From positions 1-59,148 of IMG/VR virus record IMGVR_UViG_3300027639_000001: 59,148 bases of DNA; one strand, written 5' to 3'. The stretch comes from a virus (Duplodnaviria; Caudoviricetes). The position numbers and the translations under genes are program-made. Every line of letters starts with the position of its first letter. Within the stretch, counting starts at the first letter, position 1. The notes beneath the pieces are model-generated. The model did not search any database. It was given only the letters and a program-made list of their open reading frames with translations, and was not told the origin of the DNA. Positions 1 through 8,540 of the stretch are shown one piece after another.

Positions 1-20
1 GCAAGGCTGTTGCTAATGGC

Positions 21-338
21 ATGACATTTGATGATATAACGACAAGTCAGCCGAAGCCAGAAACTAAAATCCAATCCAATATTGTGATTAAGTCTCGTCC
101 ACAAGTTAGTATGCAAAGGGCTACGCCTCCTAATAGTAAAACATCAATTGTTCGTAATGAAAACGTAATGTACGGAATTTCTAAAGCAGAAAAGCCAGGG
201 GAATCGAATGTTGTTATTGCTCTGGCTGCCTGTGATAGATGCAGTAAGTCAATTAATCGTTGCCCATGTGTTGGTGGTCCGATTCTTCCCAAATTTCTTG
301 GAGGAACCCCCGGAATGCTAACACGTCCTAATGTATAA
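21..338 (+). CDS. hypothetical protein with Cys cluster (may be 5'-truncated by window edge)
   Basis: ORF with CDRC...CPC motif; reading frame may extend beyond position 1. Confidence 0.5.
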   Translation: MTFDDITTSQPKPETKIQSNIVIKSRPQVSMQRATPPNSKTSIVRNENVMYGISKAEKPGESNVVIALAACDRCSKSINRCPCVGGPILPKFLGGTPGMLTRPNV

Positions 339-353
339 AATGATTGGAAAAAG

Positions 354-554
354 TTGAAAATCAAGCACGGACACTCAATTGAAGATTATGGCCTCATCTT
401 TGTCTATCGAGGCAATGCAATTGATGTTATGCAGCATGGCGGTAAAGTAATTCATTCTTTTGATATTGATGAAGATAGAGTCAATACCGAAATTGATTTC
501 CAGCAAGAAATTGCATGGTATGGATACAATTACAATCTTCAGAGTTTAACGTGA
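354..554 (+). CDS. hypothetical protein
   Basis: 66-aa ORF in tightly packed rightward run. Confidence 0.5.
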   Translation: MKIKHGHSIEDYGLIFVYRGNAIDVMQHGGKVIHSFDIDEDRVNTEIDFQQEIAWYGYNYNLQSLT

Positions 555-797
555 AGTTTCTCTTAGGATCGCTATTTATTACCGGAGCTGCTGTAATTTA
601 TTTAACAACAGTAGGATTAGTTCAAATTGTTGGAACAATTTTGTTTGGCATTATTGGATTAGCAATTTGGCTAGGAAAATATTTCTTAAATGTACTGGAA
701 GATATTTCTGACATTATTGGGGAGTAATTCATGTATCCTGTTGATTATGAGCTTGACGAAGATTACACCGATTATCCAGAATGGCTAGAAGATTGTT

Positions 798-1355
798 ATG
801 AAATCGAATACGACTGCGAATAAGCCAATCGTGTTCATCGATATTGATGGCGTCTTGAATCCATTTGCTGAGCCTAGGTTCTTAAAACCATTTGGATTCA
901 AGCGTCATCGTATCCTTGATGACGAATCCAACAATAAATACACAATGTGGCTAAATCCACAACACAAAGATTGGCTAATGAGCCTAACAGATATTGCGGA
1001 TTTGGCATGGGCAACTACATGGAATAAGCAAGCCAATAGTAAAATTGGTTGGCGAATTGGTTTGCCAGAATTTCCAGTTGCAGAAGTGACCATTGTTACT
1101 CATGATGCAGCGGGCCAAAAACTAAAAAATCCGGTGTGGTGGAAAGCCCAGGGCATTATTGATTTGGCACAAGATAGAAAATTCATTTGGATTGATGACG
1201 ATCATGATCAATGTATGGCTACTGGTAATTCTGAAAGAGAATATTTTCAGATAGCTTGCAAAAATGATTATGCATTAATTCATGTGCCCGGATTTCACGG
1301 TTTGCAGCCACATCATATTAATGATATCCGAAAGATAATTGAATTGTGGAAATAA
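798..1355 (+). CDS. HAD-superfamily phosphatase (Swiss-army-knife RNA-repair type)
   Basis: FIDIDGVLN motif I, WATTW, WK, WIDD motif IV. Confidence 0.85.
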   Translation: MKSNTTANKPIVFIDIDGVLNPFAEPRFLKPFGFKRHRILDDESNNKYTMWLNPQHKDWLMSLTDIADLAWATTWNKQANSKIGWRIGLPEFPVAEVTIVTHDAAGQKLKNPVWWKAQGIIDLAQDRKFIWIDDDHDQCMATGNSEREYFQIACKNDYALIHVPGFHGLQPHHINDIRKIIELWK

Positions 1356-1828
1356 TCGAATTTACATTTGATCAAATATTTACATGGCAGTCTGTAGATT
1401 ACCCAAATATTGATGGTGATTTTGTAGAATGTCAGTGTATGTATGCTTGTTGGAAGCATGGTGATTTCGATTGCTTCACATGTTGCCATTTTCATCGGGT
1501 TGAAGTCCGACCAATTAATTGGTTAGAGTTGATGGATAGCAAGCGACAAGATAAGCAATATGACGAATTGGTCAAAAGTATCGAATACAATGGAATTGTT
1601 AGACTTCCAGCAGTTGCTTTTTATAAAGACTTCTTTATGCATTATGATGGTCATCATAGAATGACGGCGGCGTATGATTTAGGATTTACGAAGGTTCCTT
1701 ATCACGTCATTGGAATGAATGATGACGATAAATGGGAAAAAGAAGTATGGACCACTCACGACGATATACCCAATGCCTGGGTATGGAGAGATGGGAAATA
1801 TCGTGCGGTTGTTGGTGTTACAGCATAA
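1346..1828 (+). CDS. ParB/Srx-like nuclease domain protein
   Basis: ELVKSIEYNGIVRLP...DGHHRMTAAYDLGFTKVP matches the ParB N-terminal motif. Confidence 0.8.
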   Translation: MEIIEFTFDQIFTWQSVDYPNIDGDFVECQCMYACWKHGDFDCFTCCHFHRVEVRPINWLELMDSKRQDKQYDELVKSIEYNGIVRLPAVAFYKDFFMHYDGHHRMTAAYDLGFTKVPYHVIGMNDDDKWEKEVWTTHDDIPNAWVWRDGKYRAVVGVTA

Positions 1829-2410
1829 AGTAAAAGATTTTGTTTTCTCTGAGATTAATATTTGGCACAAAGGTTACAACAAAATTCAAATTCGTTTGTT
1901 TGTAGACGTGTGCAAAACTGATAATACAATTAGAACTATGCTAGTTTCTGAAGAAATTGTCACAAAGAATATTAAATCTGATCTACTTGCTAAAACTAAA
2001 TCTTTCTTATTTGAAGAAGGCAAGAAAAAGCAGGTAAACAAAGATGTAGAAGACGCCATTAAGTCAAATTACATGTTATTACTAAATTTGACTAATAACA
2101 TGTAATTTGATAAACTCTGCTTGGGGTCAAGCCCTGAGAGGGGGTTTAACATTGGCTCAAAGAAAGTCAAAGGGAGTAGTTACTTCAAAAGATTTACGTG
2201 ACGAAACCAATGAAGAAAGATTAGAGCGTGAAGAACAAGAGCGCAAGGAAGCTGAAGAACGTAATAAAGAAGTTCAATCAGAAGAAGATCCAGTATTAGC
2301 GCATAGACGTCGTCACCTCTATGGAACATTGGACTCTAACGAGTCCAGAGAAAGCAAATAATTAAATGCGTGGCCCCAATTGGGGCCACGCTATATTTGT
2401 AAGGAATATA

Positions 2411-2884
2411 ATGAGGTTAACAGGAAAAGTTGATGATGGTGAGTTTCTTGTTCCAGCATGTAAAAAAATATTAACAATTAATTACTCTGGCCAAGATGTA
2501 GATCTAGAATGTTTTATGATTAGGGGTCACGATAAAAATCATGGTGGAGAATTAAGGTTTCTCGATGGTAAAAACACCTGGATTGAATTAGCTAATTTTT
2601 ATTGGAATGACGATGAAATAGTTCAAATATCTGAAGCTCGAAACGGATTTGCAATAATGCTGGGAGACAAAATTCCTGCGCTTCGTGAAGAAGCAATGTG
2701 GCCTTGTAAATGTTCACACTGTTTGTATGGAAAAGCGATGCCAGAGGAGCCAATGAGAATTGGTTCTATTATCATTAACCTTAATGATAAATGCGGTTGG
2801 GGCCGAGTACCCGAAGAGAATCCAGAGAAAAACATTATTGATTGGTTGAATTCACTGGATATAGATTTTGAGGTTAAGGAATGA
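2411..2884 (+). CDS. hypothetical protein, paralog family A (C-terminal PCxC...LND..W.R....I..WL)
   Basis: AAGGA RBS before ATG 2411; C-terminus shared with the next two ORFs. Confidence 0.7.
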   Translation: MRLTGKVDDGEFLVPACKKILTINYSGQDVDLECFMIRGHDKNHGGELRFLDGKNTWIELANFYWNDDEIVQISEARNGFAIMLGDKIPALREEAMWPCKCSHCLYGKAMPEEPMRIGSIIINLNDKCGWGRVPEENPEKNIIDWLNSLDIDFEVKE

Positions 2885-3345
2885 AGCTTATTGGAAAACA
2901 CCAGTTTTATGCCGATTATCGATCATGTGGCTCAACAATAAAAGTCAATTGCAGCGGACAAAACGTTACAGTATATTGCTACTCTTATCCTGACCATCTT
3001 GGTGATCATGAAGGAACGATATCTGTTGAATATGCTGGTGACAATATTATTATACAAGAGGTAAACTGGTCAAGGCATGGTGATTATTTAAATGTTGAGG
3101 AAAATAGAGGCGGAATAGCTAAATTACTTTTATTAAAAATTCCTCAAATTAATGATGTAACTGTTGATTGGCCCTGTAACTGCGGTCTTTGCAAAGAAAT
3201 GCAAAATCAAAAGTGGTCAATACATACAACAATTGTTACATTAAATGACGAATGCCATTGGGGAAGAACTCCTGAAGAGAATTCAGAACGAAATATAATT
3301 GATTGGCTAGATTCACTTCCCTTTGATTTCACTATAAAGGATTGA
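2881..3345 (+). CDS. hypothetical protein, paralog family A
   Basis: ATGA overlap; WPCNCGLC...LNDECHWGRTPEENSERNIIDWLDSL. Confidence 0.7.
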   Translation: MKLIGKHQFYADYRSCGSTIKVNCSGQNVTVYCYSYPDHLGDHEGTISVEYAGDNIIIQEVNWSRHGDYLNVEENRGGIAKLLLLKIPQINDVTVDWPCNCGLCKEMQNQKWSIHTTIVTLNDECHWGRTPEENSERNIIDWLDSLPFDFTIKD

Positions 3346-3349
3346 AATT

Positions 3350-3673
3350 ATGGCAAATTATAAAGAAATGGCAAAAGGCTATTTAAATATAGCTAAGGAT
3401 AGAGATTGTACAAGCAATCAACGATCAGACTTGTCCGATGCTTTGGAATATATGATTAGCAACGACATCTTACAACAATTTCCATGCCCGGCCTGTTCTG
3501 ATGAAAGCCTCTTGGGAATAATAATTATTCATTTAAATGATGATCACAAGTGGCGCCGGTGCGAAACCGATCCTGGTGATGGTCCAACAATTACAGAATG
3601 GCTTGACGAATTAGAAAAGTCAGGCTATGATTTAACAGTAAAGTTCACTATTGAAGGAGAAAAGAATGAGTGA
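3350..3673 (+). CDS. hypothetical protein, paralog family A
   Basis: FPCPAC...IIIHLNDDHKWRR...ITEWLDEL. Confidence 0.7.
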   Translation: MANYKEMAKGYLNIAKDRDCTSNQRSDLSDALEYMISNDILQQFPCPACSDESLLGIIIIHLNDDHKWRRCETDPGDGPTITEWLDELEKSGYDLTVKFTIEGEKNE

Positions 3674-3869
3674 TCTATCAACTAAGGCGGAACAAATTTC
3701 CGCCGAAAAACTAGAAGAAATTACTAAGGCTCCAACCCTACAAGATTTTATTCGTATTGGTGCTTCAGTTACAGAACCTGCTGAGGGTTGGGGTGAAGGC
3801 GAAACAGCATGTGCTCTTTCCGCTGGTGTTATTGGTGCAATGGCAACTAAATGGCTGCCAAAGATCTAA
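3666..3869 (+). CDS. hypothetical protein
   Basis: AAGGAG RBS, overlap with upstream stop. Confidence 0.65.
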   Translation: MSDLSTKAEQISAEKLEEITKAPTLQDFIRIGASVTEPAEGWGEGETACALSAGVIGAMATKWLPKI

Positions 3870-3922
3870 TGTGATTGCCCCCAAATTTTGGGGGCAATTC
3901 TTCTTTATTAATGGAGAATGAA

Positions 3923-4207
3923 ATGAATGAAGAAGTCTTAGCTCTTAGTTTAGCTAAGGTTGATGAGTACGAATATATGATAGCTCGATACGATTCTGAT
4001 GAGCCAGTATTCAATCCAGAATTTCCGTTCTATCTTCCGATTCTATCGTTTAAAGACGAAGGCTGGACAGATTGGACTGGTAAGGAAATTGAAGAGATTC
4101 ATGTTGATTGTAATTGCTCTGAATGTTCTGAATATACAGAACTTCATTTCGTGAGTGAAACATTTACCGAAGAGGAGTGGATGAAGTATGGAGAAGCATA
4201 CCTCTAA
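3923..4207 (+). CDS. acidic hypothetical protein
   Basis: GGAG RBS; CNCSEC motif. Confidence 0.6.
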   Translation: MNEEVLALSLAKVDEYEYMIARYDSDEPVFNPEFPFYLPILSFKDEGWTDWTGKEIEEIHVDCNCSECSEYTELHFVSETFTEEEWMKYGEAYL

Positions 4208-4290
4208 ATCAAGATGGATTTTTAGAATCGTTTTATTTTTATCGGTTCTGCTTTTAGCATTTATTATTTTTAGTCCATATGTGTTTTAAC

Positions 4291-4339
4291 AAAAATCCCA
4301 GGAATTTTTATGATATATTCGTAATGCCCTGGGATTTTT
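4291..4339. repeat. inverted repeat AAAATCCCAGG...CCTGGGATTTT at the compositional boundary
   Basis: 11-bp arms; lies where AT-rich genes end and the GC-richer island begins. Confidence 0.5.
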
Positions 4340-4510
4340 GACACCCTTTCGTAAAGCACTATTTTTGAGCAATCGCATGTCGCCGGTTTCCTAATGCAAA
4401 GTTGATCTTTACAAATCTGTTATCTAAATCACCCATTTGGACTATTGTATGATCATGGTCTTCATGAGAAGTTGTTGACACAACAGCACAGAGGACAACG
4501 GAGGTTGATC

Positions 4511-4741
4511 ATGTACAAGCTGCATTTGCATCGTGTACGGGGTGCTCACTACTTCGTTCAAGAGTTCAGCTTTGACACGGCTGAGGACAGGCAATTTGCT
4601 TGCGACATGCTGACCGCGTGCGGCGAGTCTCCTCAACCGATCATGACTGAGGCTGAGAAGTGGCAGCGGAACATGAGCGATTACGCAAAGTGGTTGCACA
4701 AGGATTGCACTCACATTGGTGGTGGAAAATACAATGGATAA
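4511..4741 (+). CDS. hypothetical early protein
   Basis: GGAGG RBS before ATG 4511. Confidence 0.65.
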   Translation: MYKLHLHRVRGAHYFVQEFSFDTAEDRQFACDMLTACGESPQPIMTEAEKWQRNMSDYAKWLHKDCTHIGGGKYNG

Positions 4742-4901
4742 TATTATGAATCAAACGGTTCGAAGCACCGATGATGATATGCTTGGAACTGTCATCAATT
4801 ACAAAACGGCTGGATTTCCGGGAACCATTAGTATGATTAAGGTTCGATGGAATGATGGTAAAATTGATTGGCACATTCCGGGCCAATTTCAGTTTATTAG
4901 A

Positions 4902-4958
4902 TAATTGGTAATTAACTTTGGGTATATCTCGCATATACCCATTGTTACCTATCAATTG
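4902..4958 (+). promoter_or_regulatory. intergenic hairpin, putative RNase III processing site
   Basis: TAATTGGTA..TAAC-TT-TGGGTATAT loop ATATACCCA-TT-GTTA..TATCAATTG; family member. Confidence 0.6.
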
Positions 4959-4972
4959 ACTAGGGAGTCAAA

Positions 4973-5371
4973 ATGAAGGTGTACCGAGTTTGTCACGTTG
5001 AGAGAACTGTTATTATTGCCGGTTGGCTCATTTACAGTGGCCCCTATGTGATCGACTCCGGAGAGAATTCGGAATACTACCAGAAGGTTTGGGACATTCA
5101 CCACGAATTCCTTACCGATGGTGGTCATCCCACCCCTGATGATGAACGTCTGCCGATTCGAACTCACGAGGTTTGCGCATTCGAAAGTCTCCATCAATTG
5201 CGTAAATGGTTTACGCAAAGCTACATGGACTATTTGATGGATTGCGGAATGGTGATCCGTGAATACGATGTTGAAACCGTCAAGGCCGCTGAGCATCAGG
5301 TGTTGGTTCCGGCCGGTGAGATCCAATCAGAGGGACGTATCCTAGACTTCCTTGAGGTCTACGGCGTCTGA
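4973..5371 (+). CDS. hypothetical early protein
   Basis: GGGAG RBS; GPY...HPTP...CAFESLHQLRKWF. Confidence 0.75.
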   Translation: MKVYRVCHVERTVIIAGWLIYSGPYVIDSGENSEYYQKVWDIHHEFLTDGGHPTPDDERLPIRTHEVCAFESLHQLRKWFTQSYMDYLMDCGMVIREYDVETVKAAEHQVLVPAGEIQSEGRILDFLEVYGV

Positions 5372-5375
5372 GCCT

Positions 5376-5402
5376 GGGAGCCCCGAAAGGGGCTCTCTTT
5401 TT
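5376..5402 (+). terminator. intrinsic terminator
   Basis: GGGAGCCCC-GAAA-GGGGCTCTC followed by T run. Confidence 0.85.
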
Positions 5403-5451
5403 GTCCTCAGACATTTGCTAAAGTTAATTGTCACGATTAGGTTACAACGGC

Positions 5452-5480
5452 TTGACTCGGACGTGCTCTACGGGCATATT
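5452..5480 (+). promoter_or_regulatory. promoter P1 of tandem array
   Basis: TTGACT-17 bp-CATATT. Confidence 0.65.
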
Positions 5481-5529
5481 GGTGTCAGAACAACTCAACA
5501 CGGCACGAACCGCCCCGGGAAACCGGGAC

Positions 5530-5558
5530 TTGACAGCCTTACGGCTAGCGGGTAGGTT
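5530..5558 (+). promoter_or_regulatory. promoter P2 of tandem array
   Basis: TTGACA-17 bp-TAGGTT. Confidence 0.8.
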
Positions 5559-5649
5559 CGAGTCATCAAATTCCATAGGGTAGTCAAGTGGGAGCGACAA
5601 GGGTCTACGTGGTCGCGAGAGTCCCCACCACGACAGGGAAACACTACAC

Positions 5650-5678
5650 TTGACAAACCCAACGGAACGCGATAAGGT
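5650..5678 (+). promoter_or_regulatory. promoter P3 of tandem array
   Basis: TTGACA-17 bp-TAAGGT. Confidence 0.8.
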
Positions 5679-5720
5679 TCCACCACAACAACTAAATATC
5701 CGGTAAGCGAAAACAGCCGC

Positions 5721-5749
5721 TTGACACACCGGAACGAAGTTGCTAAGCT
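5721..5749 (+). promoter_or_regulatory. promoter P4 of tandem array
   Basis: TTGACA-17 bp-TAAGCT. Confidence 0.8.
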
Positions 5750-5817
5750 TCAAAGGCCAACACGGGAAACCGGAAAGGAACCCCCGCGATACGGGTTCTG
5801 GGCCACCTGATAGACGA

Positions 5818-5831
5818 TGATCTTTGAGAAC
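5818..5831 (+). promoter_or_regulatory. rRNA-type boxA antitermination site
   Basis: TGATCTTTGAGAAC resembles Gram-positive rrn boxA; downstream of P4 and of GC-rich hairpins. Confidence 0.65.
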
Positions 5832-5840
5832 CGAATATCA

Positions 5841-6034
5841 GCCCTCCTAGTCGGGAGATGACTAGGGGCGTACGGGTAGCTAACCTGCGAGGGGACCCGC
5901 CTAGTACGTTGCCTCCGTGATGCAAGCAACCGGGCAAATTGTGAGACAGTTGGGTTAGACACTGTTGCCGCAATGATGAGATTCTAGGTTGAGCCTCGCT
6001 CCCACTCATCTAGCAAGGTCATTAAAACCCAACT
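5841..6034 (+). ncRNA. candidate structured leader RNA
   Basis: non-coding; helices CCTAGTC/GACTAGG, GTTGC/GCAAC, AGTTGGGTT/AACCCAACT, GATGAG/CTCATC. Confidence 0.45.
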
Positions 6035-6040
6035 TTAAAA

Positions 6041-6097
6041 TTCTCTAGTAGCTTTTTTGGCAGGCAATAATTGCTTGCCTTTATCTCTACTAGAGGA
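6041..6097 (+). promoter_or_regulatory. intergenic hairpin, putative RNase III site
   Basis: CTCTAGTAG...TT-GGCAGGCAA-TAA-TTGCTTGCC-TT...CTACTAGAG; RBS at 3' foot. Confidence 0.55.
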
Positions 6098-6103
6098 GAG
6101 AAA

Positions 6104-6496
6104 ATGTCTAAGTTCACTGGTAAGCGTCACCACGTTGCCCCCGGGAATGGATTTCACCCGAACAACACCTACCAGGAAATGACCGATGGTCTGCATTCCG
6201 ATGGTGTGAGTGTTTGGTCTATCTCTCAGTACCCGCTAGTTGAGTGCAAGGCAAAGAAAAAGACCTGGACTGACGAATACGGTCAGGCATGCGAAAGCTT
6301 GGAGCGCTGTTCTTACAAGAGCTGTTCGGCATTGGAGGATGAACCCGTGAAGGTTCGTCACGAGAACTACTTTACTACCTGGGCTGACTACGAGAAGAAC
6401 GAGTGTACTAGGTGCGGTTGGGGTCCGAAGGATCACGGGCACGACTGGGACAAGGGACAGGACTACTGCGTGTACCTGCGTGCTGGTGAGAGCTAA
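6104..6496 (+). CDS. hypothetical early protein, Cys/His-rich
   Basis: GAGGAG RBS before ATG 6104; GC3-rich codons. Confidence 0.75.
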   Translation: MSKFTGKRHHVAPGNGFHPNNTYQEMTDGLHSDGVSVWSISQYPLVECKAKKKTWTDEYGQACESLERCSYKSCSALEDEPVKVRHENYFTTWADYEKNECTRCGWGPKDHGHDWDKGQDYCVYLRAGES

Positions 6497-6504
6497 GCAA
6501 GGCT

Positions 6505-6546
6505 GGGCAGAATGGTTGAACAAGGGTTCGATTCCCTTGCTGCTCA
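6505..6546 (+). ncRNA. mini tRNA-like element 1 (acceptor-like stem + D-loop-like AATGGTT + T-arm, no anticodon arm)
   Basis: GGGCAG-AATGGTT-GAA-CAAGGG-TTCGATT-CCCTTG-CTGCTC. Confidence 0.7.
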
Positions 6547-6584
6547 CGCGGAGAGATAGGGGAGTGAAGTACGATAAGGCATAG

Positions 6585-6830
6585 TGGCCGGACTCGTCCC
6601 TAGCAGGAAACGGACCACCTTCACAAAATTACCCGGTGATAAATGAGCTATAGGCGAAACACCGAATTGTCTCACGTCAACTACCTGATGGTAATAGGGT
6701 TGGAAAGGTTGACTACATAGGAAAAAGCACTGTGGAGTCGTTTGCACCACAATGTGGAATTGTGGAAGACTGAGAAGCGTAAGGTGCTAATTCGCCTATA
6801 TTGAATGAGTCGGTAACCGAGTATCGGCCA
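6585..6830 (+). ncRNA. candidate ~250-nt structured ncRNA
   Basis: nested helices TGGCCGGACTCG/CGAGTATCGGCCA, TATAGGCGAA/TTCGCCTATA, GTCAAC/GTTGAC, AGCAC/GTGCT; no credible ORF. Confidence 0.55.
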
Positions 6831-6876
6831 TTGAGGGGTCACAAATAAACAAAAGCCCCTCTTCTTAGGAGTCGCA

Positions 6877-7065
6877 ATGCAATTCGATTTGGTTGATTCC
6901 AGCCTTTGTGATCATGATCGTGATATATGTCATGATTGCAAAACGACTTGTCGGATTTGTGACGGAAGATTCTCTTCGCTTCAAGCATTGGATGACCATG
7001 TGGCTCTAATGCATGAGCTTAATGAAGAGGATTGTAAGTATTGTGGTCGACCCTTTGGTCACTAA
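6877..7065 (+). CDS. small Zn-finger-like protein
   Basis: AGGAG RBS; CxxC...HxxxxH (C2H2-like) plus extra CxxC. Confidence 0.65.
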   Translation: MQFDLVDSSLCDHDRDICHDCKTTCRICDGRFSSLQALDDHVALMHELNEEDCKYCGRPFGH

Positions 7066-7069
7066 TTGT

Positions 7070-7153
7070 AAGGCATAGTCCCCTTAGTACACCCGATGAA
7101 TAGAGATCAGGCGCGATCCTTTGGGGACTCGGTTCGATTCCGGTTAATGCCTT
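7070..7153 (+). ncRNA. divergent tRNA-like element
   Basis: AAGGCAT/ATGCCTT closing stem, AGTCCCC/GGGGACT arm, CGG-TTCGATT-CCG T-loop. Confidence 0.4.
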
Positions 7154-7215
7154 TGTTGGTACAAGGCTTGCCCTTGTACCGGCATGGGTGTTCCAACCCA
7201 ATCGAAAGGATGATC

Positions 7216-7464
7216 ATGTTTACCCTTGCAAATATCGAGTCCTGTCGTGAAGACCTTCAGGACGCAATGAATGCCCTTGGTGAAGCCGTTGAGAGCTTCC
7301 GAGAGGATGAGATCTCCGAGTCTGCGGTAGATGAGTGCTGGGAGACTCTTTCTCAGGCCCTGGTGGCTCTGAGGGGCATGCTAGGGGCTAGGGTGGCAGA
7401 CGAAGACGCCACCTGTCAGCAAGCACGAGACATGCTGAATATGTATGCTGGGCTGAACGTCTAG
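7216..7464 (+). CDS. acidic helical hypothetical protein
   Basis: GAAAGG RBS before ATG 7216. Confidence 0.7.
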   Translation: MFTLANIESCREDLQDAMNALGEAVESFREDEISESAVDECWETLSQALVALRGMLGARVADEDATCQQARDMLNMYAGLNV

Positions 7465-7507
7465 AGTGATATTGGTGCTAGATTTGTCTAGCACCTTTAT
7501 GGCTCTA
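7462..7507 (+). promoter_or_regulatory. intergenic hairpin, putative RNase III site
   Basis: TAGAGT-G-ATA-TT-GGTGCTAGA-loop-TCTAGCACC-TT-TAT-G-GCTCTA. Confidence 0.6.
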
Positions 7508-7522
7508 TGAGAGGATGCCGCA

Positions 7523-7819
7523 ATGAAGACTGTTCCTGTTTCTATGAGCGCTCGAATGTTGGACCTGTTTTACCCGGAATGGTGGATGTTTATCAACACC
7601 GAAACGCTTGACATTAACGATTGCGAGTTGTGCATTCTTGGACAACTTTACGATGGTGTTGCTGGATATTGGTCGGGATATGATTACTTCACCGATTTTT
7701 ACCGGCGTAGCATTGATTGGACAGTAAAGTACAACTTCAACATTCACTTCAACGATCGCGACATTGATCACCTCAATGCCTTGTGGCTGAATGAGATTTA
7801 CAAGCGTGTGAACGCTTAG
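7523..7819 (+). CDS. hypothetical protein, paralog family B
   Basis: GAGGA RBS; CILGQLY...ALWLNEI..R.NA shared with the next gene. Confidence 0.75.
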   Translation: MKTVPVSMSARMLDLFYPEWWMFINTETLDINDCELCILGQLYDGVAGYWSGYDYFTDFYRRSIDWTVKYNFNIHFNDRDIDHLNALWLNEIYKRVNA

Positions 7820-7825
7820 AATTCA

Positions 7826-7865
7826 GGGCGAATGGTTATTGATAGGTTCGATTCCTATCCGCCCG
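7826..7865 (+). ncRNA. mini tRNA-like element 2
   Basis: GGGCG-AATGGTT-ATT-GATAGG-TTCGATT-CCTATC-CGCCC. Confidence 0.7.
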
Positions 7866-7911
7866 CTAGAGCAATTAACTTGCTCGAATTCCATTCAATG
7901 GAAGGAATAAG

Positions 7912-8235
7912 ATGAAGCACAATGTCAAATTGGGCGCTCGGCTAATGGATATCTTCCGGCCAGGATGGTACCGGGAAATAGAGCGTCAACATTTCGACAT
8001 GGCGTTGGGTTGGGATTGCATTCTTGGTCAACTCTACAAGCGGCAGGCTTGGGGGTGTCAGGGAGTGCTTAACGGTTATGAATATTTCATGAATGCATAT
8101 GGTCGCTCAATGAACTGGGCCACAAAATATGGTTTCATGATTCCCTTAGGTACTCCAACAAGGGATTGTGAAGAGGAATACAAGTATCTCACCGCTTTGT
8201 GGTTGAATGAAATTCATGACCGCTTGAATGCTTAA
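7912..8235 (+). CDS. hypothetical protein, paralog family B
   Basis: AAGGA RBS; clear paralog of 7523-7819. Confidence 0.75.
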   Translation: MKHNVKLGARLMDIFRPGWYREIERQHFDMALGWDCILGQLYKRQAWGCQGVLNGYEYFMNAYGRSMNWATKYGFMIPLGTPTRDCEEEYKYLTALWLNEIHDRLNA

Positions 8236-8242
8236 TTGAATA

Positions 8243-8305
8243 GAGGTAAATGGTTGGGTGAGCATCCTAGGACACCCGAAAGGTTCGATTCCTTTCTACC
8301 TCGCC
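8243..8305 (+). ncRNA. mini tRNA-like element 3 (with inserted arm)
   Basis: GAGGTA-AATGGTT-[GGGTG..CACCC]-GAAAGG-TTCGATT-CCTTTC-TACCTC-GCC. Confidence 0.7.
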
Positions 8306-8345
8306 GGGGCTAATTGCCCTTATACCACCAATGAAAGGAAATAGA

Positions 8346-8531
8346 ATGTTTGTTATCAAGACCCTGAACCCGGACACCGGCCGTATGCGGAACTTCCGGG
8401 AGTGCAAGACGTGGGGTCACGCCAAGGTGGTTGTTGCCAAGCTGACCGGTGCAGTTGAGGTTAAGCAGGGCAAGGAACTGTTTTTCAAGCGGGACAAGAA
8501 CGGCGTTGTTTCGGTCGACCTTTTCAACTAA
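8346..8531 (+). CDS. small basic hypothetical protein
   Basis: GAAAGGA RBS; strongly biased codons. Confidence 0.7.
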   Translation: MFVIKTLNPDTGRMRNFRECKTWGHAKVVVAKLTGAVEVKQGKELFFKRDKNGVVSVDLFN

Positions 8532-8540
8532 GGGGTAGTC

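Noticed and set aside
4403-4415. Second boxA-like sequence TGATCTTTACAAA
   Set aside because: No clear upstream promoter; may be chance in AT-rich DNA
5352-6009. Short ORFs across the promoter and leader region
   Set aside because: No RBS and they overlap promoters and hairpins; likely by-products of GC-rich non-coding DNA
6676-6713. HEARO/omega-RNA (GTCAACTACC...GTTGAC)
   Set aside because: Only the first helix resembles it; no downstream motifs and no IscB/TnpB gene
6505-8305. Canonical tRNA or tmRNA genes suggested by GGTTCGATTCC
   Set aside because: No D stem, no 7-nt anticodon loop and no tag ORF; reported as tRNA-like elements instead
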